A stretch of DNA of 63,477 nt, counting the filler, from Bigelowiella natans CCMP2755 (Eukaryota; Protista; Cercozoa): the NCBI GenBank assembly GCA_000320545.1. It is 6 parts of 6 records of this genome, joined end to end, with 100 filler letters (N's around TTAATTAATTAA, not from the genome) between each part and the next. Parts side by side here need not be neighbours in the genome. Positions count along the whole stretch, not along the records: positions 26,044 to 42,034 come from ADNK01001359.1; 5 more parts are not named here. One strand, given 5' to 3'. The stretch's first letter is position 1. Every line of letters starts with the position of its first letter. Below are positions 26,044-37,512 of the stretch, one piece after another. The translations under genes were made by a program, and so were the position numbers. Under the pieces are notes generated by a model. That model was not told the origin of the DNA. It did no database searches and saw only the letters and a program-made list of their open reading frames with translations.

Positions 26044-26955
26044 TTTTGGGGGGGGGGGGGAGAGAGGAGGAGGGTGATTGAGAGAAAAGAGCTGGCACGG
26101 AAGGAAGCTTGCCTTTCTTTGTCTTAGCATTGACAATATCGCTCTCCCTGGCCTCCTCGAGGTCTTGAATCACGCGCACATCTTTGGAGTGCTCTCGCTG
26201 GGGGTCAGATGACTGACGATAATCCAGAGCGGGGGGGGACACAAGGCCGGACATTGAAGTGCGCACAGCGGAGTTTGCCCGAAAACCTGAGGTATTGAAG
26301 ATAAAACGCGCGCTGAGATGGGATGATGGCGAGGTAGTGTGCGCGCTGGCTTCGTTCGATAGTCCGGAGGGTTGCCAGTACAGCGAGCGCTTGACTTTTA
26401 AGAGCTGCGCGCGCGGGGGCTATACAACGGGGATTGCACAAGAAAGGGGGGGGTCAGCAAGGGCCCATGCAGACGAACGCAATGCGGCTGTCACCACGAA
26501 GCGACAGCGAGCGAGGGGGGGAAGAAATGCAGAGAGCAGGAGGAGGGCGGAGTGGTGGTGGTGGTGGTGGTGGAGAGGGGAGAACAGCATAACCCCGTGC
26601 AAACCTGAGGGACGCAAAGCATTCGTTCCAGCAGGCATGAAGCCGGTGAGCATCGTATGCGCTGGCACTGGCGGGTTCGCCGCCTTTGCAGCGTATGCTG
26701 CGGCTCGATGACGCTCCGAGTGCTGCAGCTCAACCCAGATGTTTCTGTTGTGCAGCACCATGACCAGCTTACTCGCCTCCGCCTCGCGCATTACCTGCGA
26801 GCTGCGACCGCTGCCACCCCTCCTCCTGTTCTTCTTGAGCTTCTTCGGCATCTTCCTCTTTGCCCCCAGGTCGTCTGGAGTATCCGGAACGGAGGGCCTC
26901 CTACGGAAGTGCTGGCCGCTCGGGGGGGGGGCATGAGAGCGCTGCAGGTGTGTAC

Positions 26956-27002
<47 letters not shown>

Positions 27003-27277
27003 GCGGTGTTACATCGCACGAACATGATAGAGAGAGACGATCATGTTTAGCGGTAATACTGATAAGGATGATGATGGAGATGGTGGTTGTGATATGGAAG
27101 AGGATTGGCCAGACTCACCAACGAATTCAATGGCGTCGTAAGTGCTCGACGGGTGCGAGGGCTGCTAAGTCCGGTCTCATCATCGTCTGACATCTGCAGT
27201 GGATCTCTCTTTTCGAAATCCTCCATTTCAACATCTCCCGGGCCTGCACCCGCATCGGCCGGCTTGAATTTGACCTT

Positions 27278-27308
<31 letters not shown>

Positions 27309-27759
27309 TTCTCCGGTGCTTCATCGTGAGTTGCGGCTGCTGCGTTTTCTGGGGATGTTGTATCTTTTGCATCCGAAAAATCGCCCGCAATCAGCTTTGT
27401 TGTCCTAATTGCGGATTCATTCATTGTTTTGTCACCACATAGCAGCGTGTCAGGGGGCTGGGAGCATGGAGAGGGGGTGCGGGGGGGTGGGGGGGGGCGC
27501 GACTGTGCGCGTTTGTGGCGGTGCTATATTTCAGAATTCGTCTCTACAACGACGATGGATATATGTATAATGTTATTGTACTTCAACTTGTATCTTCGTG
27601 GGTTATGGGTGTGTTGTATTCGTTGCGTATGTACCCGTGTGAGAGCGCAGTTTTTGCCTGGCTAAAGAAACGAATCGCTACGAGAGGAATACAATGGTAG
27701 TAAATACATTTATTCTCGCGTTGGCATTCGCTGTACGAAGTTCTCCCCTCTCACTCCCT

Positions 27760-27808
<49 letters not shown>

Positions 27809-29520
27809 GGCTTATAAACGGATGTCGTAACAAAGAAATCGTCGACTATGTATTATTACAATGTTTTCAGTCACAGCTCACCTGTCAGCTCTGCTCTCTT
27901 TATCCACAGAATCCCCAGCCTTGTTTTCTGACAATTTTATGGTTGAAAGGCTTGAGTGGCCGAACGGAGTAGGGGAGGACGTAGAAGCAAAAAAGAGGGG
28001 AGGGGGAGGGGCGGGGGGGGGACAGACCATATCTTCGAGGCATCTATCACAGTTTACGTAATCTTCGTTCCCCATCATTTGTAGCTGGGATATTGAGTCA
28101 ATAAGCGAAACAGATTCGACAAACAAACAAAATTACAGTCAGATCTCTTTGTCTGCATACAGGTGGGGATGAGATCCGTATCATATAATCAAGAGATATC
28201 CGAGGAATAGAAACACTCTTTGCATTGCTCCCCGCCTCTGCCACCACACTCGTCCGAACCTCGTCGATAAACGCCATCACAGCTGCCCTGTGATACTGCT
28301 CCACCATCGTGTTGGGGAAGGGGTCGCCAGCATTGAGCTCACGAATGCTTGTCTCTACTTCGGGGAGAGCATGGGAAAGATCTATGGCGGACTTGGACCT
28401 CCCCATGAGCATCCCTTCAGCAATGCCCCCCGACCCAGCGTGCAAAACCGCATGGCGGAGAAGCGTGCTGCGGCGCTTCGATCCAGCATCGACCACCTTG
28501 ATAACATGATTGTAATGGAAGAGGGAGCGTCGAGAATTTAGTCTTGTACCACAAATGGTGGGTGAGTGTAGAGTGTGGATGTGAAGTGATTCTTTCCCTC
28601 CTTTCCCCGTCTCTCCTGGCAGTCTCGCTACGCACCAATTTCGAGAAAAACGTATCAGGTGAGGAATCAGCTTCGCTTATTCTTTTGATGTCTAGGGCCG
28701 TGTCTGAGCCTGACTCCGGGACTCTGTGTGTAAAACAACGAAGTGAATGAGACAAATATCACGAGGTGTGAAACTGAACAGGTGGAGGGGAGACCTTGGT
28801 GAGAACATGGAAAGCCTGTCCTCAGAGCCCTTCAAGAACTGAAACCGTCTAGTTTACCATCTAAATCCTGCCCATAACATGATGATCCCTCGCGCTGTTT
28901 CTGTAGGGGGAGGGGGAGGGAAGGCAGGTCGATGCTGTGCAATGTAGTCTTAACTGCTTGGATTCTTGTTAGATACGGTAGTTTTCAAGCTAAATTACCA
29001 TATATCCTTTGTCGCTGAAGACATTTGGTGGTCGTTTGACCGAAAGATTCGACAACCCCTCCGAGCCACAAACATCTAAGGAAAAGTGACTAGACTAGAT
29101 CTAGATCTAGATCTTGTCGCCTAGGAACGAATCCTTTCTCTCGGAAACGGTGGTTGCATCTTTATATCTCAATCCGTTTTTCAATAACGTCAAGAGGAAT
29201 AGGTTGTCGCAGGCTATATACATTAAATCTTCGATTTGACGCGCAGCGGTCTTCCGAATCTTCTCTTCGACAACATTCTTCCCTTGTCGCAATGTGCTGG
29301 AGGGGAGACCCGCAGGATAGGTTAGCGGGCTGAACCATCGATTTCTTATGAAATAGCAAGGTTTTCGCTTTATCGACATGAAAATTATCGATATTTATGT
29401 AATTAATGGGAATGTTAGAGTGCGATATGTGCTGGCTCAGGTCTTACTTGGTGCGACCTGACACGTGTCACTATCGTTCCCTTCCCATCGCCGAAAAGAA
29501 AAACCTGTGGAAAAAGGGGG
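26044..29520 (-). CDS. Hypothetical multi-exon protein, 3'-truncated; ends approximate
   Basis: Same-strand open exons ~28550-28755, 28160-28496, 27880-28090, 27100-27424, 26590-26930 and 26044-26410, with natural-looking composition (e.g. EQYHRAAVMAFIDEVRTSVVAEAG). No family recognised. Confidence 0.5.
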
Positions 29521-29821
29521 GGGGCACAAGAACTCGCCCGCTGCTTGATAGTATCGCGCAGGGCAGAGTCACAACGGAGGAGAAGGGAGGAGTTGAACGG
29601 CCATGGAGTCGAAAGGTGATATGACTCCCCATTTTTCTACACACGCTCTCCTTTTGGAACATATTTTTCTGAGCGCGAACAATTGGAGGGGGGTTGGACC
29701 AAGTTCTTCTAGCATGTCACCGTGTGCGTACTAGATTACAGCGAGATTCCGGGAACAGTACTCATATGAAGTGAGAAAACATTCACACATAACGACTGAT
29801 AATAATGGCTCAGGTGGGCGC

Positions 29822-30005
29822 ATGTCCAAGATGCGAATTGTAGTTCTAGGCAGCGGCGCCGTAGAAAGTCCTCTTTGATCGTGAGGCTCACAACCGGGCA
29901 ATTTTTCGAGGACTACGACCCAACGGTGAAGATGGAAGGGATGGAGGGAATAAGATGATGAATGAAAAGTCAAAAGGCAGCTGATTATTAAAAATTCTAT
30001 ATGTT

Positions 30006-30045
<40 letters not shown>

Positions 30046-30545
30046 ACTCGCGAACCTTTTCATCCGTTGATGCGAAATTTCTTCTTTTCTATTGATGGTT
30101 TCAGATTGAAGATTGCCACATGGGCGGCTTGAGCGTAGGTGCGCACGTCTGAGCTAGCGTTCGTCATGTTTCCCCCAACCCTTTTCGAATGCACCTGAGC
30201 ACCGATGCCAATTAGTTTCCTGGAACAAAACCACCCTCCAACCACTCTCCCCCCCCCTTCTCTTTACGTGAATTCTCAGCTTACTATTACATTGTAAGCT
30301 AGAGAGGCGAATGATTAACAAACTGTAACGGATGCACCCTATGTTTGTGTGTGTGTGTTTGTGTGCGTGTGTGTGTGTGTGCAGACGGGCAGCCAGTGCG
30401 GCTAGAGATCTTGGACACAGCAGGGCAGGTTGTATATGGAAGGTTATTCTTTCGCACCGAGATCTCTTGAATGGTTTTTACTAATACCAATGGATGTTGG
30501 TAGAAAGAAAAGGCAACTAGTTTCTGCGAGTTCGGTGTGTGCGTG

Positions 30546-30599
<54 letters not shown>

Positions 30600-31712
30600 A
30601 GGCGGCGCTAGGTTGCAGTGTGCTCTCTATAATTGTTGCTGTTTTGTTGTCTTCATGAAGGGGGACTTTCATAGCTCGTTCCTAGACCAGGTAATACTAG
30701 CGACAGCAATGACAAATCAAGAAGAGAAGATGGGGGTGAAGATAGCGTGTTTAAATTTGTCAGTTTTGATCCTTCGTTTTGTTTCGATAACGTTACTACA
30801 GTGGATAGAGAGCGCCCAGGGAGTCCTGATGGTCTATTCAATCGACAAGTGAGTGTCATCTGGGACCGTTGGGTTGGAGATAGAGACAGGCGGGGGGGGG
30901 GGGAGGGGAGACGAAGGGGGGTTCAGCTTTGGTCTTCAATGAGTAAAGAATATGTGTACAACTCACATCCGAAATGTTCCAAATATGTGCGTGCGTGTGT
31001 GGGGATGGGGTTGTCTGTCCGTATAGTTTTGTGTGTGTGATTATTTGCATGTCGTACATATTCTGCTCGCAGCCCACACTCACTGGAAGAGCTCCACGAC
31101 ATAAGAGACCGAATTCTCCTCTCGAAGGATGATGAGAAATGTATGATTGCATTTGGCACATATTCGCTGCAAACCACGAACTCCTGCCGAACACAACTAA
31201 CCGGCCCTCCCCCATTGCGTATATGGCACATAGTTCCAATTGTACTAGTGGGAAACAAGAGCGACATCGGTTCCAAGAGAATGGTTACTAAATCTCCGTA
31301 CATATGTGATCGCTTTCCGTTTACTTTATTCCTGAAATCGATGAACCCGACAGCGATAACACACGCTTTTCTGCATAGGTTGACGCTGAGGAGGGCCGCC
31401 GTCTGGCGAAGAAGTGGGGATGTGCCTTTTGGGAAACGTCAGCGAAGGATGGAGTAAATCTCGTCAAGCCGTTTGCGGAGGTTGTCAGGGAAATTAGGTA
31501 CATGAAGCAGTGCACAGCGAGCTATCGCACACACACGTTCATGTTCTCTTTCGCAGCAACAGCAAGTGATGCATTCGACTAATATGCTGCGTAGGAATCG
31601 CGAGAGACGGAGAATAGCAGGCAAGCTGTCATCGACCACGTCGGACAAGGAAGATCATGGATGCACGAATGCTTCTTGGTCTGCGTTTATGTCATCTTGC
31701 ACAATTTTGTAG
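29822..31712 (+). CDS. Ras/Rap-family small GTPase with a CAAX box; 1-nt frameshift in the P-loop as assembled
   Basis: Spliced exons read [35 protein letters not shown] | IEDCHMGGLSV | DGQPVRLEILDTAGQ | ...FLDQ | WIESAQGVLMVYSI | PHSLEELHDIRDRILLSKDDEK | PIVLVGNKSD | ...WETSAK... | ...SSCTIL*. The asterisk in the first exon marks the missing G at ~29864. Confidence 0.92.
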
Positions 31713-32100
31713 GCTTGGGCTGCAGTTGAATCAACTTTCGTCACTGCACTCGACCAATGCCAATAATACCCCAAAAAGTAGAAAAAGGATGTCCGGATAA
31801 CACATTTCTGTAAGCGCAAAAAGCAAGTGTGTACGCCAAAAATGTAGCATGATTTACATGTGGCCAGTGTGCTGTATATGTCGTGCACACACTGCACGTG
31901 GGTGCACACGCTAGCACGCGGTAGCTGCTACGCGCTATATATGTCTTGCATGGCGATTTATATGAATGTTGTGTGGACAAATGAACATGGCTGCGATGCC
32001 ACCCAGCTGCACCGCCAGCTCTAGCAACATCTAGAACATGTGTGATAATAGACACAGTAATATGATAATATGATATAATATAATGTATATTTAAAAACAA

Positions 32101-32154
<54 letters not shown>

Positions 32155-32697
32155 CGTTGACAAGTCTATAATTGTGCACTTTGTGCTATGTTCGCAAGCT
32201 AGCGTGCATGCATGCCATTAGTCGTGCGGCGCATGCAGCACGTACGTACGTACGTACGCGCTCGTCAACAGTATCAATATCATCGCAGCTGAGCAATGAA
32301 GGCAATAATGCATGCACACTGTCATAGGCCTTGATGGTGTCGGGCAGAGCACATTGAAATACCCTGTCTATTATTCTCATTTTATAGCATGGTGTATTTG
32401 AGATCGCCAACCTAGCACCAGACTATACTTACGATTGCTCTCCGGCACAACTAGACAACAATGAGCACGTGCGTGAAGCAATAATGCAAAGGCGTACCGT
32501 TTATAGCAAGCTACGCACAAAATAGTCGTAGCAGTTATGCAGGATAATAAAGATACACAGCCTAACAACAGCAATGATTCTCCTGTGATTTAGAATATTA
32601 TAACACAGTCCTGTGCTCATTATATATCTATAAATAAAACATGGTGATCATTCCAAACTTTAACATAGCCCGCGTAGCATAGATGCTGCCTGCCATG

Positions 32698-33531
32698 CTA
32701 TGTCCACTCATCCTCCCATTTGCTAAAGTCTTCCTTCTCCTGTCTGCTCGAGATTTTTTTCCCGCAACACTTTTTGTACTTCCTCCCCGAGCCGCATACA
32801 CATGGCTTATTTGCATTCTTAGATTTTCGTTCGTAGTGCTCTCGAAGGTTCTCTCTGGGGTTGTGCTTGACTTCGATCTTTTCTTTCCTTAGAAAAAAAA
32901 ATGCATTGTGCAAGTGAGAGGAGGTGTTACACGGCATCATCACCAATTGCGAAGGTCTGAAATCACTTGAGTGAGGGCAGTAAAATAGTGTGTTATTTCT
33001 ACTTTCGAGGGCGATTTCTTAGTTCCCCTTCATACTGTTCCGCCGTGAACGTGCCCCTGAAAATGAACATCGGTATGTCAAAGAGTTGGCAGCGTTGACC
33101 TGTACGACTTACGGGAGTCTATAGCCATCGTCGTTCAAAGCTGCGTACGCACTATACGTTCCCTCACTATAAAATAATGAAGCAGTGATGAGGGTTTCAA
33201 GATGCCAGGGAAGAGGGGGGGGGGAGGGGGGTAAAAGAACATGTGCATTCGGGTACACCTTTTGGAGCTGCTATCGTCCTCGCTGCAGATGTGAGAAAGC
33301 ACTATGTAGAAGCTGAAACAAGGGAGAAAAGGTGAGATCTGCAGCGTACGGTTTAAAGGAGACGCACCCCGAAAGCAGCAGGAACATCATCCCTAAGTTC
33401 TGGTCTCTGATCCCGATCCAGTAGAGGGCGACCAGCCATAATGCTGTCTTTGCAATGAGAAACTTGTGCCTCCGAATGGCTTGGCTGATGGGGAATGCTT
33501 GCTTCTTCGCATCCTTTTTTGACCCCGCCAT
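32698..33531 (-). CDS. SAYSD1: SAYSvFN-domain protein (SAYSD1 homologue) with a probable C-terminal SEC-C metal-binding motif
   Basis: Exon 33531-33368 encodes a hydrophobic hairpin (FLIAKTALWLVALYW...GMMFLLLSG|FYIVLSHI). Next comes SEGTYSAYAALNDDGYRLP|GTFTAEQYEGELR (SAYSvFN motif), and an in-frame splice leads to ...NANKPCVCGSGRKYKKCCG...EDEWT*. Confidence 0.85.
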
Positions 33532-33981
33532 AGCTCCGCAACCAATCGGGACGGGCTGCTTTCCCAACGGAGGAAGTTTCTGGGCTCTCTCCCTACAACA
33601 CGAAAGGCGCTCGTGCCGCCATCGTCCTGCTCGAAGGAAGTAGACCGAAGTTCGACATTTCCGACTTCAAGAGATTAAGAAGGGCGAAACGCCTGCGAAT
33701 TACCTGGATTAATTACCCAAATGTGGTTGTCGAATGCCACAAAATCCCGAACATCATCGACAACGTGGTTGGATCTTTTGCATTCAGTTTCAAGTTTGCA
33801 GTTCTGAACGGCTGTGTGTCATGCCATTTTGAAAAACCAGCTAGTTGATTTGCTAGTCACAGTCCTCACTGAAGCCAGTTCGAGTCACTGCATTTCGCAC
33901 ACTGCAAATGCCTTGCAACATTTTGGAAATGTAGTTCGTCATCATTGTTCATTGTGTGTCCCATGCCATGCAGCACTCACA

Positions 33982-34022
<41 letters not shown>

Positions 34023-35325
34023 TCAAAAGCAGCAGACATGTTGTTGGACGACAGGAGGCGGTGGCGCATGTGAGCACAGCAGCATGCCCACTTTGTCCAT
34101 TGCCAGGTACTCGCTGATGAAACCTTTTTTTCTCGTTGCAACGTGCATCCACGCTGGCATGGACACGCGTGCAATTTTTGCTGAACAGGTGTTGTGATTT
34201 TGCACCAGCAGTCATGCACACATGAATGGTCAACGTGCGTGCGAGCTGTCAATGTTTCCGGCTCACTGATGCTGGCCCAGCTAGCCAGAGCTAGCAGAGC
34301 CAGAGAGCTGCGCCTGTGGCCGGCACCAATGAGGGCTGAGTGGCAAACATGCATGTGAGCAAGCACAAGCCAATTCACGCACACACGCAACAAACATGCA
34401 CGCGCACGATGTGTGACGTGTTCATGGCAGCACAGCTGAACTAGCAAGCTCTAGCTCCAGCTGACTAGCTAGCTAGCTAGAGCTGCCATGCTGGCATGCT
34501 AGCACGGCGCTGCCAAACCTAGCAAGTGCCTGGATCCAACGATGCACAGTGTGTCTCTGGAGCCTGTTGACATCATGCGATTCGTGCATGCTAGCTTGCA
34601 ATGACATCTGAATCTCACACAGCACAAGCTCAAGCAGCACGTTTGATGGGTTTGGACTAGCAGACGCAATTCGCACGCACAGCTGACAGTTCTCTGCTAG
34701 CTCTGGAGCTAGCTAGTCTGCTTCGACAACACATTTGAACATGATCTAGGCTGATCTAGGAGATGCATGTCTGAACTCGCACGAGTGACGTCATTCTCAT
34801 CAACATCGCAGTTTTGCATGTCTTCAGTGATTGATGCATTTGCTACACACCAATGCATGTCATATGCCAATGAAGTCGATGAAAACTGCGGAGGAGTTGA
34901 TGAGCTTTCACCCACGTGACAAAGTCTTCTAATGTGTGTTGCTACTAATCGTGGGACAAAACATCCAAATGCGTGAAGCTCTTGCGACAGGAGTCAAAAC
35001 CACAAATTAGTTGGAGACGCTTGTAATTCACACATGACATCTAGCCCTCGATTTTGAACATGCATGTTTTACCAGCCACTTTCTACATATTTTTCAGTGA
35101 GAGGGAGGCGTGATAAAAAAAATCTCTAGAAAAACATGAACAGCAGACGAACTAAACAACTTCAACGCATTGTTTTAACTTGTACCTCCCTCTCCGTAAG
35201 GAAGTAAGATGAGAAAGTAATATTTATTACATTACTTTTGATGGCTGCAACACGACGCCAGCGATAAATGGTCTTTGTGGATCTGATTCTGTATTTGTTT
35301 TTGTGTGCGAGTAGGTTAGAGAAAG

Positions 35326-35981
35326 GTGATGATGTCAATGTCAAGGAGAGGGGTGGTTATGGTGAGTCTGCATCAACTTGCAGACCAATGTGTCATACAA
35401 ACGGACAGTGAATCAAATTTTATCCTAAGATCCCATGATGCACTACTTAAAATATCTTCATATAAACCTGGAAATCAGCGTTGTCGTCCCGAATTCTGCG
35501 TTGTTTAGTTCTTCCAACACATTCAAAATGGAGGAAAGCACTGCTCACTTGATGGCGATGCCACATTTATGTTGTGTTTTCGAACATACGACACAAATAA
35601 GGGAAGGAATGGCATGGAATGGCGCCCTATTATCAACAACTCTATTCAAATTGTGAAGCAAATGTATCGGCTTGATAGTACATGTAAGTCAGATTGTGAT
35701 CTTGAGAAACCCGACAGTAGGTTCCAATGGTGGTAGTCACAAACAAACGAAGAACCATCTCGAATGTTGCAGGGAGAACTAATTACATATCACGAAGACA
35801 ATTGCAGCTCTCTTTCTGGCAAAGTTTACTCTCACGACGACAACATGGTAAGCACATTCGACTCTGCTGCTGTCACCAGGATGTGAAACGAATGAACTTT
35901 GGGGAACTTTAAGAGATAGGAAGATTCGCATGGAAAGAAGGTGAAAAGAACAAAAGACGGATGGAAAGAAATAGAGTAGTT

Positions 35982-36048
<67 letters not shown>

Positions 36049-36146
36049 AGAGGGGGGGGAAATGTCGGAACAAATACAGAATGGCCTTTCTCACTTTCGC
36101 CGTGGAAGAAAAGAGAGAGACAGGAAAACAGAGAGAGAAAAGGAAT

Positions 36147-36209
<63 letters not shown>

Positions 36210-37429
36210 CAGGCAACGAGCCAAATGTTTGAGCATCACAAGAAACCACCCAGCCAGAGAATTCAGCAGTTTGGACGCATCGTAGAGCATGCCTCGCATG
36301 CGAATGTGAACGTCGGAATCACATGACCAATGGACTACCTTCCCCGAACGCCACGAAGCTCGTGTCAGAGCAGACCCATATCTCGAGCAAGCACAGATCA
36401 ACACCGTGCATTGGTGAAAGGCTATGTAGCGCTGCAAATCTGCCTCGCAAATGGCCTTGCGACTTCTTGAACAGTGGCAGCACAACTCCTGAGAAATGTC
36501 TCAGAAACGAGCATGCTTGCCCCCATATCAAGGTACCTTTTGGTCTCGCTCGTGCCTCGCGTGCGAATCCAGCAGCACAAAGCAATGAGGGGAGTTGATG
36601 CCGCATGACCCCCGGAGTGAAGAGCCTTGCAGGGTGGACAAATGTGAGAGCACACGAAGTGAACCATCGACTTTGCACCAATATTGAAGTCGCTCGTCTA
36701 AAAAATGATAAAACCGCCTGAATTCATTAAAAAGAACATCCCGCAGCACACTTGAACTTAGTGTGCTCCAGGTGCAAGTACACCTTGCAGCAAACGTGGC
36801 CCAAATCGCGCGAAACCCCTCACATCCAGGTACAAAAGCAGGCGGAAATGGCGAGTCCTTCCTTTCACCAAGCGGCCCATTTAGACTGATCACATGAGGA
36901 GGTTGTCAGAGGTGTCAGAGGTACCTGTGTTTGGTCAAGAGCGACATGAATTCGATGAAATGTAGCGCAGTATTCGCCTGGTTTAATCCCCAATCTATCA
37001 CATCATCCTGTCACGTCAACCACGTCACGGGATACTTCTTCAAAACCCAAGCAAGACTCGGGACGAAGGAGCCAGGGGATGTTCAAAGCTGAATATCGGG
37101 CGGAATCCATGCTTCGCCATGTGTCGCGCATGTGCAGCCCCAAGCAATTTGGGCTGTACAGGCTGTGCGAAGAGCGACTGTGCAGTCTGGGCGGCTCTGC
37201 TCCAAATACAAGTTTAGATAAAACAATCGGTAGTGATACGAGTTTCGCGCTGCCAGGTACTCGCACGGTCTTGTTGGAAGGAAATTTGTACAAATTCTTC
37301 GGGAAGCAGAAAACGGGAACCTATGCAGGGGGCTGCTTCTTCCGCGACGGGATTCCGACGCTGTCGCAACGCTTCAGAAACGGAACTTGCCTAGGTCCAG
37401 GTGCATCGTTCACCAAAGTTCGCTATTGA
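35326..37429 (+). CDS. Hypothetical multi-exon Cys-containing protein; structure uncertain
   Basis: Open exon-like blocks with GT-AG ends: ~35509-35663 FFQHIQNGGKHCSLDGDATFMLCF, ~35772-35847 GELITYHEDNCSS, ~36310-36531, and 37079-37429. No family recognised. Confidence 0.4.
35986..36210. repeat. Two long (AG)n microsatellites, representative of many intronic (AG)n/(AT)n/(AC)n/(CAT)n/(TTC)n arrays and G/C homopolymers throughout the window
   Basis: Read directly from the sequence. Confidence 0.95.
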
Positions 37430-37512
37430 GAGAGAGAGAGAGAGATAGAGGGTTTGAGGGTGACGGACAAAAGAGAGAGATCAGGGACAGAGAGACGATC
37501 AAGAGTAGTGTC

